Of a DNA stretch of 50,457 bases, positions 37,478 through 46,485 are shown one piece after another. The DNA comes from Myxococcota bacterium. Its GTDB lineage: Bacteria; Myxococcota_A; Polyangia; Polyangiales; Sandaracinaceae. Below the pieces are notes generated by a model. The model was given only the letters and a program-made list of their open reading frames with translations, ran no database searches and was not told the origin of the DNA. The stretch spans positions 1 to 50,457 of the forward strand of contig JAYZQJ010000158.1 of NCBI GenBank assembly GCA_036149055.1, given 5' to 3'. The translations under genes were made by a program, and so were the position numbers. Every line of letters begins with the position of its first letter. Position 1 is the first letter of the stretch.

Positions 37478-38106
37478 TGGAACGCTTCAGCGGCATGTTC
37501 GCCGGTCTCCGGAACTACTGGGAGAACCTCTCCGAGCGCGAGCGCATGCTCGTCGGCCTCCTCGGCGGCGTGGCGGCGCTCCTCTTCATCCTCCTGCCGG
37601 TCTATCTGCTGAGCACCAGCATCAGCGACCTGGAGGAGGACAACCAGCGCATCACCGCCGCGCTGCGCCGCATCTCCCACTCGCGCGGTCGCCTCGCGGC
37701 CCAGCAGGCGGAGCGCGCCGCGGCCGAGATGCGCTACGGCCGACAGGCGCCGTCGCTCGGCTCGTTCCTCGAGGCGAAGGCGGGCGAGCGCGAGGGCGTG
37801 AGCATCAGCGACGTGCAGCACGAGCCCGAGCGCGAGGAGGGGCGCTTCCGCATCCGCCACAGCCGCGCGCGCTTCCAGGGCGTCGACCTCCGCAACGCGG
37901 TGCTGCTGATGGAGTCGATCGAGAACAGCCGCTACCCGGTGGCCATCGAGCGCATCCACATCGATCACCACCAGTCGGGCGACCGCTACAACATGCAGGT
38001 GGGCGTGCTCGCCTACGACCGCGAGGGCGGCGGCGCCGACGCGGGGGTCCCCGCCGCAGCCGCAGCCGAAGACCGAGGCGGCCGCGCCGGCCCGCCCGCA
38101 CCCTGA
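37477..38106 (+). CDS. gspM: T2SS GspM
   Basis: WENLSERERML plus TM; operon position. Confidence 0.8.
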   Translation: MERFSGMFAGLRNYWENLSERERMLVGLLGGVAALLFILLPVYLLSTSISDLEEDNQRITAALRRISHSRGRLAAQQAERAAAEMRYGRQAPSLGSFLEAKAGEREGVSISDVQHEPEREEGRFRIRHSRARFQGVDLRNAVLLMESIENSRYPVAIERIHIDHHQSGDRYNMQVGVLAYDREGGGADAGVPAAAAAEDRGGRAGPPAP

Positions 38107-38115
38107 GAGCCGACG

Positions 38116-39090
38116 ATGAGCGACCGACTCAAGAAGATCCTCTTCTACGCGGTGGCGTGTCCACTGTTCTTCCTGTTCTCCCTCGTGGTCGGGGCCTACC
38201 TCACGTTCCCCTACGACCACGTGCGCGACTTCATCGTGCAGGAGGCGGAGCGCGGCGGCTCGATGCAGCTCGAGATCGTCAGCCTCGAGCCCGACTGGGT
38301 GACCGGCGTCGAGGCCCAGGGCGTCCGGGTGGCCACCGTGCCCGACGACCCGAGCGCCGAGGCCCCCGAGCTGCTCATCCGCGAGGCCCACGCGCGCGTC
38401 GGGCTCTTCTCGCTCCTGGGCGGCGACACCGACGTCGACTACGCGCTCGAGCTCGACGGCGGCGGCACCATCGAGGGCAACTACGCCCAGACCGAGGAGA
38501 GCCTGCACGTCTCGGCCGACATCCAGCGCGTGGACCTCCGCCGCGTGGGCCTGATTCGCGACGCGGTCGGGCTCCCGATGACCGGGCAGCTCCAGGGCAA
38601 CCTCGACGTCACCATCGGCGCCGAGGCGGCCAACACCGAGGGCTCGGCGGACCTGACCATTCGCGCCCTCTCCGTCGCCGACGGCGAGACCGCCCTCCAG
38701 ATCGACGGCCTCGGCTCGTCCGGCCTGACGCTCGAGCAGATGAACCTCGGGACCCTGCGCCTCCGGGCGGAGGTCGAGCGCGGCGCGGCCCGCATCGAGG
38801 AGCTGCACGCCGACGGCGAGCACGCCGAGATCTGGGGCACGGGCAGCGTGCGCCTCGTGCAGCCGCTCCAGCTGAGCAGCGTCGACATGCTCTTCCGGAT
38901 CGACTTCAAGGAGCCCTACCGCACCTCGAGCCCCCGCATGGAGGGCCTCTTCGCCCTCCTCGAGGTCAACCCGCAGATCCGCCCCGCCCGCACCCCGAAC
39001 GGCGCCTTCCAGTGGCGCATCCAGGGCAGCTTCGGCGGCCGCATGCGCATGGTCCCCTCCGGCCGCGCCCCGATGCCCGAAGCCGAGTAG
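38116..39090 (+). CDS. gspN: T2SS GspN
   Basis: TM, YLTFPYD and a beta-rich periplasmic domain; last gene of the operon. Confidence 0.75.
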   Translation: MSDRLKKILFYAVACPLFFLFSLVVGAYLTFPYDHVRDFIVQEAERGGSMQLEIVSLEPDWVTGVEAQGVRVATVPDDPSAEAPELLIREAHARVGLFSLLGGDTDVDYALELDGGGTIEGNYAQTEESLHVSADIQRVDLRRVGLIRDAVGLPMTGQLQGNLDVTIGAEAANTEGSADLTIRALSVADGETALQIDGLGSSGLTLEQMNLGTLRLRAEVERGAARIEELHADGEHAEIWGTGSVRLVQPLQLSSVDMLFRIDFKEPYRTSSPRMEGLFALLEVNPQIRPARTPNGAFQWRIQGSFGGRMRMVPSGRAPMPEAE

Positions 39091-39426
39091 GGAAGCCAGG
39101 AAAGCCTCGCTTCCTCGCCTCCTCGCTTCCTCGCTTCGTCGCGCACTCGCCTCCTCCCGCACCCTCCCCTCGCGCGCTCGCCCCCGCGCACTCGCACACG
39201 CGCACTCGCACACGCGCACTCGCAGGAAGCGAGGAAGGTGGGAAGCGAGGAGGAAAGAGGAAGAAGAGAGGGGACGGGGCGGCCGAGCGCAGCGCAGGTG
39301 GGGGGCCGCCGCCCAGCTGCCGGGACCTGGCCCTTCTCGGGCGCGCAGCGCCAGCGCCTCGGTTCCTACCTTCCTCGTTTCCTCGGAGTGGGGCGGCCGA
39401 GCCCACTCGCAGGAACCGAGGAGGGG
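39091..39426. repeat. Intergenic inverted 8-bp-period repeats (CCTCGCTT / AAGCGAGG) with a 6-bp GCACTC/GCACAC run
   Basis: Left arm about 39105-39137, complementary arm about 39224-39253, further arms about 39357-39384 and 39409-39423. Confidence 0.7.
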
Positions 39427-39428
39427 GA

Positions 39429-41327
39429 TCAGCGGGGGAGGAAGAAGGCCTCGACCCCGGACTCGAAGTTCACGCGGTCGACGGCGGGCGGGGTGAAGGT
39501 GAAGCCGCCGAGGGTGATGGCGCCCCAGCCGGGGATGCCGGTGGTGGTGTGGAAGATGCGCTCGCTCTGCAGGGTGAGCGAGGCGCCGGGGAGCGCCATC
39601 GCGGCGCCGGTTCCGTCGACGGTGCCGCTGAAGACGTCGATCGCGCGGTTGCCGGTCCAGTTCGCGTTGGCGGCGCCGCCGCTGACCGCGACGCGGCGGC
39701 TGGTCGGCGAGCCGCGGAACTCGAACATCTCGGTGACCGCGCCGAAGGCGTGGGGCCGCACCTGGGTGGGCGCGGTGAGGCCGCGCTCGATGGACACGGT
39801 GAACGAGCGGGTCGCCGGCGGCGACGGCACGTTGCAGAACTCGGTGTCGAGGCCGTCGGCGGCGAACACCGGCGCCATCATGCCCGGCTCGCACTGGGCG
39901 CCATACCAGCCGACCACCAGCGCGCGCTGACCGCTGTCGATGGTGGTGACCATCGGGCGGTGCAGGCTGAACTCGGGGTGCTGCTGCTCCTCGGTCGGGC
40001 TCCCGCTGGGGAACGATCCCGCCATCGACGCGGGCTGGGTGGAGCCGTTCGGGTCGTCTCCGCCGGACCAGATCTCGGCGAGCTCGTCGTTGCTCTGGGC
40101 GAGGCGACCGCCGAAGATCCAGACGGTCCCGCCGAAGCCGACCGCGCTCGGGAACGGCCGCGGGAAGCTCAGGTCGCCGCCGTCCCGGTAGAAGCCGTAG
40201 CCGCCGGGCTTGCGCGCGTCGAACACCTCGTAGGTCGCGGCGCTGCGCTCGCCGCCCTGCCCGCCCGCGATCAGCACCCGGTCGGCGCGGTTCGGGGTCG
40301 CCGCCGCCGCGTGCATGAAGCGGGGCTGGTTCATCGCGCCCGGGTTGGTCGTGCCCGCGGTCCCGAGGAAGCCGCCGCGGCCGAGGTCGCCGTCCCGATC
40401 CGGATCGTCCTCCTCGCCGTTGAGGAAGGCGTCGAAGATCTCGTAGCTCGCGTGCGCGCCCTCGGCGCCGTCCGCGTCGAGCGGCACGATGTCGAAGCGG
40501 TAGCCCGACGGCGCGGCCACGCCGCCCTGGGGGATCATCGCCATGAGCGCGCCCGGGGCGCCGCCCGCGAGCAGCACGCGGCCGTCGGGGAGCGCGGTGG
40601 CCGTGTGGCCCGCCCGCGCGGCGAGCATCGGCGAGCGGATGGCGTCGACCTCACCGGTCGTGGGATCGAAGGCCAGCGCCTGGCGGGTGGCGGTCAGCCG
40701 GAAGCACGAGGTGCCCTCCGGGAGCATGCGCTCCTCGGGGCAGACCACCGCCTGCTCGACCTGGTCGAAGCCGCCGGCCACCAGGATGCGACCGTCCGGG
40801 AGCCGGGTCGCGGTGTGGAGGAACCGGGAGACGTCCGCGCCCGGCACCGTGACCGACTGGCCGACCGGGTACATCTGCAGCTCGACGAAGCGGCGCTCGC
40901 CCTCGCCGAGCACGAAGGGCCCGGCGTACCCCGCGTAGAGCGCGGTGGAGTCGCCGCTGCCGGGCGTCGCGACGAGCTCGAAGCGCACCCGGGCGCCCGC
41001 CGGCAGGCCCTTGCGCACGAGGACCGGGGCGTCGCCGTAGATCTCGGTCCCCTCCGCCGTCCGGCAGCCCTCGGGCTGCATGCGGTCGGGCGGGAGGTTC
41101 AGGGTCAGCGCGTCGACGCTGCACGAGAAGGACTCGCACTGCTCCTCCTCGCCGTCGAGCTGGGTGCAGGTGTCGATGTCGATCGCGCCGACCTCCTCGG
41201 GCAAGGCGGAGGCGCCGGTCAGGCCCCAACGGACCGAGACGGACAGCGGATCCTCGCTCGGCGCGGGCGCGGCGCAGGCGGCCAGGGAGAGGGCGATCGA
41301 AAGGCAGGAAAAGGCGCGAATCGGCAC
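39429..41327 (-). CDS. Kelch-repeat lipoprotein
   Basis: Lipobox LAA-C. Repeats RFLHTATRLPDGRILVAGG, ARAGHTATALPDGRVLLAGG and PRFMHAAA...VLIAGG. Confidence 0.85.
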   Translation of the reverse strand: MPIRAFSCLSIALSLAACAAPAPSEDPLSVSVRWGLTGASALPEEVGAIDIDTCTQLDGEEEQCESFSCSVDALTLNLPPDRMQPEGCRTAEGTEIYGDAPVLVRKGLPAGARVRFELVATPGSGDSTALYAGYAGPFVLGEGERRFVELQMYPVGQSVTVPGADVSRFLHTATRLPDGRILVAGGFDQVEQAVVCPEERMLPEGTSCFRLTATRQALAFDPTTGEVDAIRSPMLAARAGHTATALPDGRVLLAGGAPGALMAMIPQGGVAAPSGYRFDIVPLDADGAEGAHASYEIFDAFLNGEEDDPDRDGDLGRGGFLGTAGTTNPGAMNQPRFMHAAAATPNRADRVLIAGGQGGERSAATYEVFDARKPGGYGFYRDGGDLSFPRPFPSAVGFGGTVWIFGGRLAQSNDELAEIWSGGDDPNGSTQPASMAGSFPSGSPTEEQQHPEFSLHRPMVTTIDSGQRALVVGWYGAQCEPGMMAPVFAADGLDTEFCNVPSPPATRSFTVSIERGLTAPTQVRPHAFGAVTEMFEFRGSPTSRRVAVSGGAANANWTGNRAIDVFSGTVDGTGAAMALPGASLTLQSERIFHTTTGIPGWGAITLGGFTFTPPAVDRVNFESGVEAFFLPR

Positions 41328-41377
41328 GGGCGTAGGCTATCAGCCTTCGAGCCGGAGGCGCTAGCCAGGACCCGCGG

Positions 41378-42217
41378 CTAGGACCCGCGCGCTTCGAGCA
41401 CGATCGCGTAGGCGTCGCCGGCCGTGAGCCCGAGCGCCTCGGCCAGCTTCCGGGCCGCCGCCTTGGTGCGGAGCCCCTCGTCGAGCAGCGCGCGGGCCTG
41501 CTCGATCGCGGCCTCGCGGTCCACCGGCTCCGGGGCGGCGTCGTCCGGGCGCCCCTCGATGACGAGGGTGACCTCGCCGCGCGCGCCCTCCGCGAAGCGC
41601 TCCGCCAGCTCCCCGAGCGTGCCGCGGGCGATCTCCTCGTGCAGCTTGGTCAGCTCGCGGCAGACCGCGGCCGGGCGATCCGCGCCCACCACCTCGGCGA
41701 GCTCCCGCAGCGTCTTGGCGAGGCGGTTGGCGGCCTCGAAGAGCACCGTCGCCTCGGCCGCGTCGCGCGCCGCGCCCAGCGCTCGCTTCCGCCGCCCCCC
41801 CGACCGCGGGAGGAACCCGTCGAAGCGGAAGGCGCCCACCCGGAGGCCGGACGCGCTCAGCGCGGCCAGCGGCGCGCTCGGGCCGGGGATCGGCTCGATC
41901 TTGACCCCGAGCGAAGCCGCCGCGCTCACCAGCCGGGCCCCCGGGTCGCTCACCAGCGGCGTGCCGGCGTCGGTCACGAGCGCGAAGTGCGCGCCCTCGG
42001 CCAGCTCCCGGGCGAGCGCGTCGACCTTCTCGTCCGGGCTGTGGGCGTGGAAGGCGCGCAGCGGGGTCGAGACGCCGTGGTGGGTGCAGAGCACGCGGGT
42101 GCGCCGGGTGTCCTCGGCGAGGATCGCGTCGGCCTCGCGCAGCGTCGCGAGCGCGCGGAGGGTGACGTCGTCGAGGTTTCCGATGGGCGTGGCGACGACC
42201 GAGAGGCGGCCGCTCAC
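41378..42217 (-). CDS. rsmI: 16S rRNA (cytidine1402-2'-O)-methyltransferase
   Basis: VATPIGNLDD, AEDTR, DAGTPLVSDPG, IPGPSA, RELTKLHEE and RGEVTLVI. Confidence 0.95.
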   Translation of the reverse strand: MSGRLSVVATPIGNLDDVTLRALATLREADAILAEDTRRTRVLCTHHGVSTPLRAFHAHSPDEKVDALARELAEGAHFALVTDAGTPLVSDPGARLVSAAASLGVKIEPIPGPSAPLAALSASGLRVGAFRFDGFLPRSGGRRKRALGAARDAAEATVLFEAANRLAKTLRELAEVVGADRPAAVCRELTKLHEEIARGTLGELAERFAEGARGEVTLVIEGRPDDAAPEPVDREAAIEQARALLDEGLRTKAAARKLAEALGLTAGDAYAIVLEARGS

Positions 42218-42218
42218 G

Positions 42219-43247
42219 TCACCCGATCACCTGCTCCCCGAGCTCTTTCTCGAGGAACTTCTTGAGCTTGCCCTGAAGGCGCTTCTCGATCTGCCGCACC
42301 CGCTCGCGGGAGACGCCGAACTGGTCCCCCAGGTCCTGCAGCGTGCGCGGATCCTCGGCGACGAGCCGGTCGGTGAAGATGACCGCCTCCTTGCCCTCGA
42401 GGGTCGCGCCGTACTCGTGGATCTTCTCGGTCAGCATGCGGCTGACCTCCTCGTCCGCGAGCACGTCGTCCACCCGCCGCGAGGGCGAGGCCATCAGCTC
42501 GACCCGGGCGGTCGGCCGGCCCTCGGCGCCCTGGCTCACCGGCGCGTCGAGCGACATCTCTCCGCCGGAGAGGCGCCGCTCCATGTTCGTGACTTCCTTC
42601 TTCGGGACGTCGAGGCGCTTGGCGATCACCTCGGCCGTGGGCTCGATGCCCATCGCGGAGAGCTTCGCCTTCTCCTTCTTGAGGTTGAAGAAGAGCTTCC
42701 GCTGCGCCTGCGTGGTCCCCAGCTTCACCAGCCGGTGGTTGTTGAGGATGAAGCGCAGGATGTAGGCGCGGATCCACCAGGCGGCGTAGCTCGAGAGCTT
42801 CACGCCCTTGTACGGGTCGTACTTCTTCACCGCCTGCATGAGGCCGATGTTCCCCTCCTGGACGAGGTCGAGGAGGTTCTTGTACGCGCGTCGATAATCG
42901 TACGCGATCTTGACGACCAGCCGGAGGTTGGCGGTGACGAGCCGGGCCGCCGCCTCGACGTCTCCGTCCTCGTGGTACTTCACCGCGAGCTCGTGCTCGT
43001 CCTCGCGGCTGAGCAGCGGATAGCGCTGCACGTCCCGCATGTAGGCCTGGAGCGGATCGCGTCGGGCGATCGAGCCGCCCCCTCGGCCCCCCTTCGACGT
43101 CTTCGTCGGGACGGGGAGCGCGGAGGCCGCCTCGTCGTCGTCGACGACCTCTCCCTCGACGGCGTCCGCGTCGGGATCCTCGAGGTCGTCGTCGTCGTCG
43201 ACCTCCTCTTCGAGGTCGTCGGGCTCGTCGTGCTCGCTGACTGCCAT
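42219..43247 (-). CDS. RNA polymerase sigma-32 (RpoH)-family factor
   Basis: [27 protein letters not shown], RpoH box [12 protein letters not shown] and [11 protein letters not shown]; acidic N-terminus. Confidence 0.9.
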   Translation of the reverse strand: MAVSEHDEPDDLEEEVDDDDDLEDPDADAVEGEVVDDDEAASALPVPTKTSKGGRGGGSIARRDPLQAYMRDVQRYPLLSREDEHELAVKYHEDGDVEAAARLVTANLRLVVKIAYDYRRAYKNLLDLVQEGNIGLMQAVKKYDPYKGVKLSSYAAWWIRAYILRFILNNHRLVKLGTTQAQRKLFFNLKKEKAKLSAMGIEPTAEVIAKRLDVPKKEVTNMERRLSGGEMSLDAPVSQGAEGRPTARVELMASPSRRVDDVLADEEVSRMLTEKIHEYGATLEGKEAVIFTDRLVAEDPRTLQDLGDQFGVSRERVRQIEKRLQGKLKKFLEKELGEQVIG

Positions 43248-43307
43248 GATCTGCGTGTAGGGGCCGGTAGCATGCCGCGGCGGGCGCCGCAGGTAAAGCC
43301 GGGGTTT

Positions 43308-43979
43308 CTACACCCGACGCAGCGACCGGATTCCCGGCCGGAGCGCCGCCGGCCGCAGCACCGCGACGAGCTCCTCGTACTCCTGGAACACGACCATCTC
43401 GATGCCCACGCGCCCGTCCGGCAGCCGGCGACTCCAGGCGTGGGTGGGGTCCACCTCGGCGAGGTCCTTCCGGTGCGCGGGCACGCGCCAGCTCGGGCCG
43501 ATGTGCTGCACGTGCTCGAGCATCGCGTCGAGGCCGGCCTCGTCGACCAGCTCGCTGGCCACCGTGACCTGGGCCTGCTCGAGGGCGTTGAGCGCGTCGA
43601 GCGCCTCGTCGTCCGCCGACTGCTCGAGCGCGTAGCGCATCTGTCCCAGCATGGGGCCGAGGCGCGCCGCCTCGTCGACCTCGAGCACGGTGGCCCGGCC
43701 GTCTCGCTCGATCACGCCGAGCACGAGCGCGCCGGTCCGCAGCACGTCCGAGAGCGCGGCCTCGTCCGCCCTCGCGAAGACGTCGACGAGCCCGAGCCCG
43801 ACGTCGTCCGGGACGACGAGGTAGGCGTCGTCGTCCGAGACGTGGAACGGCGGGGTCAAGGGAACGCGCGCCCCCGGCTGGAGCGCGGCGAGGTCCGCGC
43901 GGCGCGCATAGACGATCGAGAGGGGAAGCGCGCCGAAGACCTCCGCGAGGGTCGGCTCCGTGTCCTGGATCGCGTGCAT
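43308..43979 (-). CDS. Hypothetical protein
   Basis: Protein-like composition, GGAG RBS, fills the gap between real genes. Confidence 0.6.
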   Translation of the reverse strand: MHAIQDTEPTLAEVFGALPLSIVYARRADLAALQPGARVPLTPPFHVSDDDAYLVVPDDVGLGLVDVFARADEAALSDVLRTGALVLGVIERDGRATVLEVDEAARLGPMLGQMRYALEQSADDEALDALNALEQAQVTVASELVDEAGLDAMLEHVQHIGPSWRVPAHRKDLAEVDPTHAWSRRLPDGRVGIEMVVFQEYEELVAVLRPAALRPGIRSLRRV

Positions 43980-44041
43980 GACTCCGAAACGGTACGAGGC
44001 GCCGACGGGGCGTTCGAAGTTTGCTGCTATCTTGTCCCACG

Positions 44042-45373
44042 ATGCGCCGTCTGCTCGTGCTCCTGTTGTGGTCGATCCCGGCGAGCGCGTCGGCGAACGG
44101 CGCGTACACGCACGTGCACATGTCGCAGCTCGCCCTGGACATGCTCTCGCCCGGGGAGCTGCGCGAGGTCCTCGACGCCGAGCGACGCGCGCTCGAGGCG
44201 GGCTCGATGTTCCCCGACTCCGGCTACGCGGTCAGCGACGCCTACGGGGAGCTCGCCCACTGGGAGCGCTTCCTCGACGCCTACGTCCGCTACCTCCGCG
44301 CGACGTACGACGGCGACTACACCTCCCCCGAGGCGCGCGCGCACGTCGCCTTCCTCCTCGGCGTGGCGTCGCACGGCATGGCCGACCAGAGCTACGACAC
44401 GACGCTGCTCGCGCGCAGCTACGAGGTCGACGGCCCCGAGGATCCCGACGCGCCGGTCGATCAGTACGCCGACTACTTCCTGGTCGTGGACGAGGGCGTG
44501 GTCTTCGAGGTCCCGGCGTTCGCGCCCTACGAGGATCTGCCGGCGGTGATCCGCGACGCGTCCGGCGGGCACGAGGTCAGCCCGTCGACGCTGATGGACG
44601 CGATGCGACGCATGGAGACGGTCGCAGACCTGCAAACCAACGAGCGCATCGCGAGCCGCCTCTACTGGGACGCGTGGGCGAGCTACCCGTTCCTCGGGAC
44701 GCACGTCTACAACCCGCGCGCGGTCGGCTCGGTGACCTGGACGGCGGCGCTGATCGCCGAGTACTGGCGCGTGATCTGGGCGCGGCTGAACGCCGCGGAC
44801 GATCCCGACGCGGACCTCGTGATCCGGACGGTGCCCGAGGACGGCGCCGAGAACTGGCCGGTGGACCGGAGCGAGAGCGAGGCGTGGGGTCGCGTCGCGA
44901 TCTGGTTCGGCTACGGCGTCGACCGCGATCAGATCTCGCCCCGCGTGACGCTCACCGACCCCGGAGGGGCGGCCGTGCCGGTTCGGTTCGAGACGGCCTA
45001 CGGCGGCCGGGAGCGCAACCTGCTCTTCGTGGTGCCGGAGGAGACGCTCGCGCACGACACGGTCTACACCGTCGAGGTCGGCGCGGGGGTGGAGACGATC
45101 AGCGGCGCGACGACGACCGCGCCCTCGCTCTTCTCGTTCCGGACCCGCTGCGCGGACGACCGCCTCGCCGACTGCCCTCCGCTCGAGCCGCCGCTCGAGA
45201 CCGGCCCGATCCCGGAGCGCCCGATCCCCACGCGCGACGCCGGCGCCCCGACGGGCGACGCCGGCGCGCCCGCCGAGCCCTCGGGCGGATGCGCGGCGTC
45301 GCCGGGCCACGGGGGCGCCGTGTGGTGGCTCGCCCTCTTCGGGCTCCTGCTCCTTCGCGCGCGGCGGGTGTAA
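44042..45373 (+). CDS. Zinc-dependent phospholipase C-like protein with Ig-like domain and MYXO-CTERM tail
   Basis: Signal peptide then NGAYTH, GSMFPD.GY, HW and SHGMAD. Ig-like VIRTVPEDGA...YTV. C-terminal GGCAASPG..WWLALFGLLLLRARR. Confidence 0.75.
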   Translation: MRRLLVLLLWSIPASASANGAYTHVHMSQLALDMLSPGELREVLDAERRALEAGSMFPDSGYAVSDAYGELAHWERFLDAYVRYLRATYDGDYTSPEARAHVAFLLGVASHGMADQSYDTTLLARSYEVDGPEDPDAPVDQYADYFLVVDEGVVFEVPAFAPYEDLPAVIRDASGGHEVSPSTLMDAMRRMETVADLQTNERIASRLYWDAWASYPFLGTHVYNPRAVGSVTWTAALIAEYWRVIWARLNAADDPDADLVIRTVPEDGAENWPVDRSESEAWGRVAIWFGYGVDRDQISPRVTLTDPGGAAVPVRFETAYGGRERNLLFVVPEETLAHDTVYTVEVGAGVETISGATTTAPSLFSFRTRCADDRLADCPPLEPPLETGPIPERPIPTRDAGAPTGDAGAPAEPSGGCAASPGHGGAVWWLALFGLLLLRARRV

Positions 45374-45402
45374 GCGCCGCCCGGCCGCCGCGTTCGGTGG
45401 CC

Positions 45403-46002
45403 ATGCGCGCCTGTCTGCTCGGCCTCGGTCTCCTCCTCGCCCTCCCCTCCGCCGCCCTCGCCGACGACGGCGACGAGGCGCGGCGCGCGTGGGGCGCCTT
45501 CTTCGCCCAGACCGGCTTCGGTGTCGGCGGCCTCGCCGGCGCGGGCTTCCTCGCGCTCGAGGGCGGCGACGCGACGCCGGCCTTCGTGCTCCTCACCGGC
45601 ACCTTCACCGGCGGCGGCGCGGCGCTGGGCGAGGTCGCGCGCGAGGAGGGCTGGTCCCCGGCGCTCGGCTGGGCGCTCTCCGGCCTCTACCCCGGCGGCG
45701 CGCTCGGGCTGGCCGCCGGCGGGTGGGCCGGCCTCGACCCCGGGGTCGATCGCGATCTCGCCCTCGGCCTGGGCGTCGGCGTGGGCGCCGCGCTCGGCGC
45801 GATCGGCCTGCTCCTCGACCACCTGCTCGGCGGCAGCCCCGGCGGGACCCTGCTCGGCGTCTGGTCGGGCTTCACCGTCGGCGGCCTCGCCGGCCTCGGC
45901 TTCATGCTGACCGGCGAGCACCCATCGAGCCTGGTCGCGGTCTGCTCCGGCGCGCTGGTCGGAGCGCTGCTCGGCGGGCTGCTGGGCGAGCTCCTCCGGT
46001 GA
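45403..46002 (+). CDS. Gly-rich membrane protein
   Basis: Signal peptide plus several GxxxG hydrophobic helices. Confidence 0.65.
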   Translation: MRACLLGLGLLLALPSAALADDGDEARRAWGAFFAQTGFGVGGLAGAGFLALEGGDATPAFVLLTGTFTGGGAALGEVAREEGWSPALGWALSGLYPGGALGLAAGGWAGLDPGVDRDLALGLGVGVGAALGAIGLLLDHLLGGSPGGTLLGVWSGFTVGGLAGLGFMLTGEHPSSLVAVCSGALVGALLGGLLGELLR

Positions 46003-46020
46003 GCGAGCAGCCGCGCCGTG

Positions 46021-46450
46021 AACCAGCCGACCGAGCACCGGCGAGCCTCCACCCCGCTGCCCGCCACGCCTCTGCGACTCTGCGACTCTGCGAGAGCCAA
46101 TTCGAACCCCGGAGCAGATTCACCGAGAACCAGCCGACCGAGCGCCGGCGAGCCTCCACCCCGCTGCCCGCCACGCCCCTTGGCGGCTTTGCGCCTTTGC
46201 GAGAGCCAATTACGAGCTCGAGGCAGAGCGGCCGAAGAGGCAGCCGACCGAGCGCTGGCGAGCCTCCATCCCGCTGCCACGTCTCTGCGCCTCTGCGACT
46301 CTGCGAGAGCCAACTTCGAACCCCACAGCAGATTCACCGAAGAACCAACGGACCGAGCGCTGGCGAGCCTCCATCCCGCTGCCCGCCACGCCCCTTGGCG
46401 GCTTTGCGCCTTTGCGAGAGCCAATTGCGAGCTCGACGCAGATTCCGCGG
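46021..46450 (+). repeat. Four ~107-bp tandem units in A-B-A-B order
   Basis: Units start at about 46021, 46128, 46238 and 46343. Shared GACCGAGC..GGCGAGCCTCCA.CCCGCTGCC and TGCGAGAGCCAA. Confidence 0.9.
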
Positions 46451-46468
46451 CACGGGCACGGGCACGGG

Positions 46469-46485
46469 GCCGGCCTTTGGCCGGC
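46469..46485. terminator. Short hairpin at convergent gene ends
   Basis: GCCGGCC-TTT-GGCCGGC; no U-tract. Confidence 0.35.
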
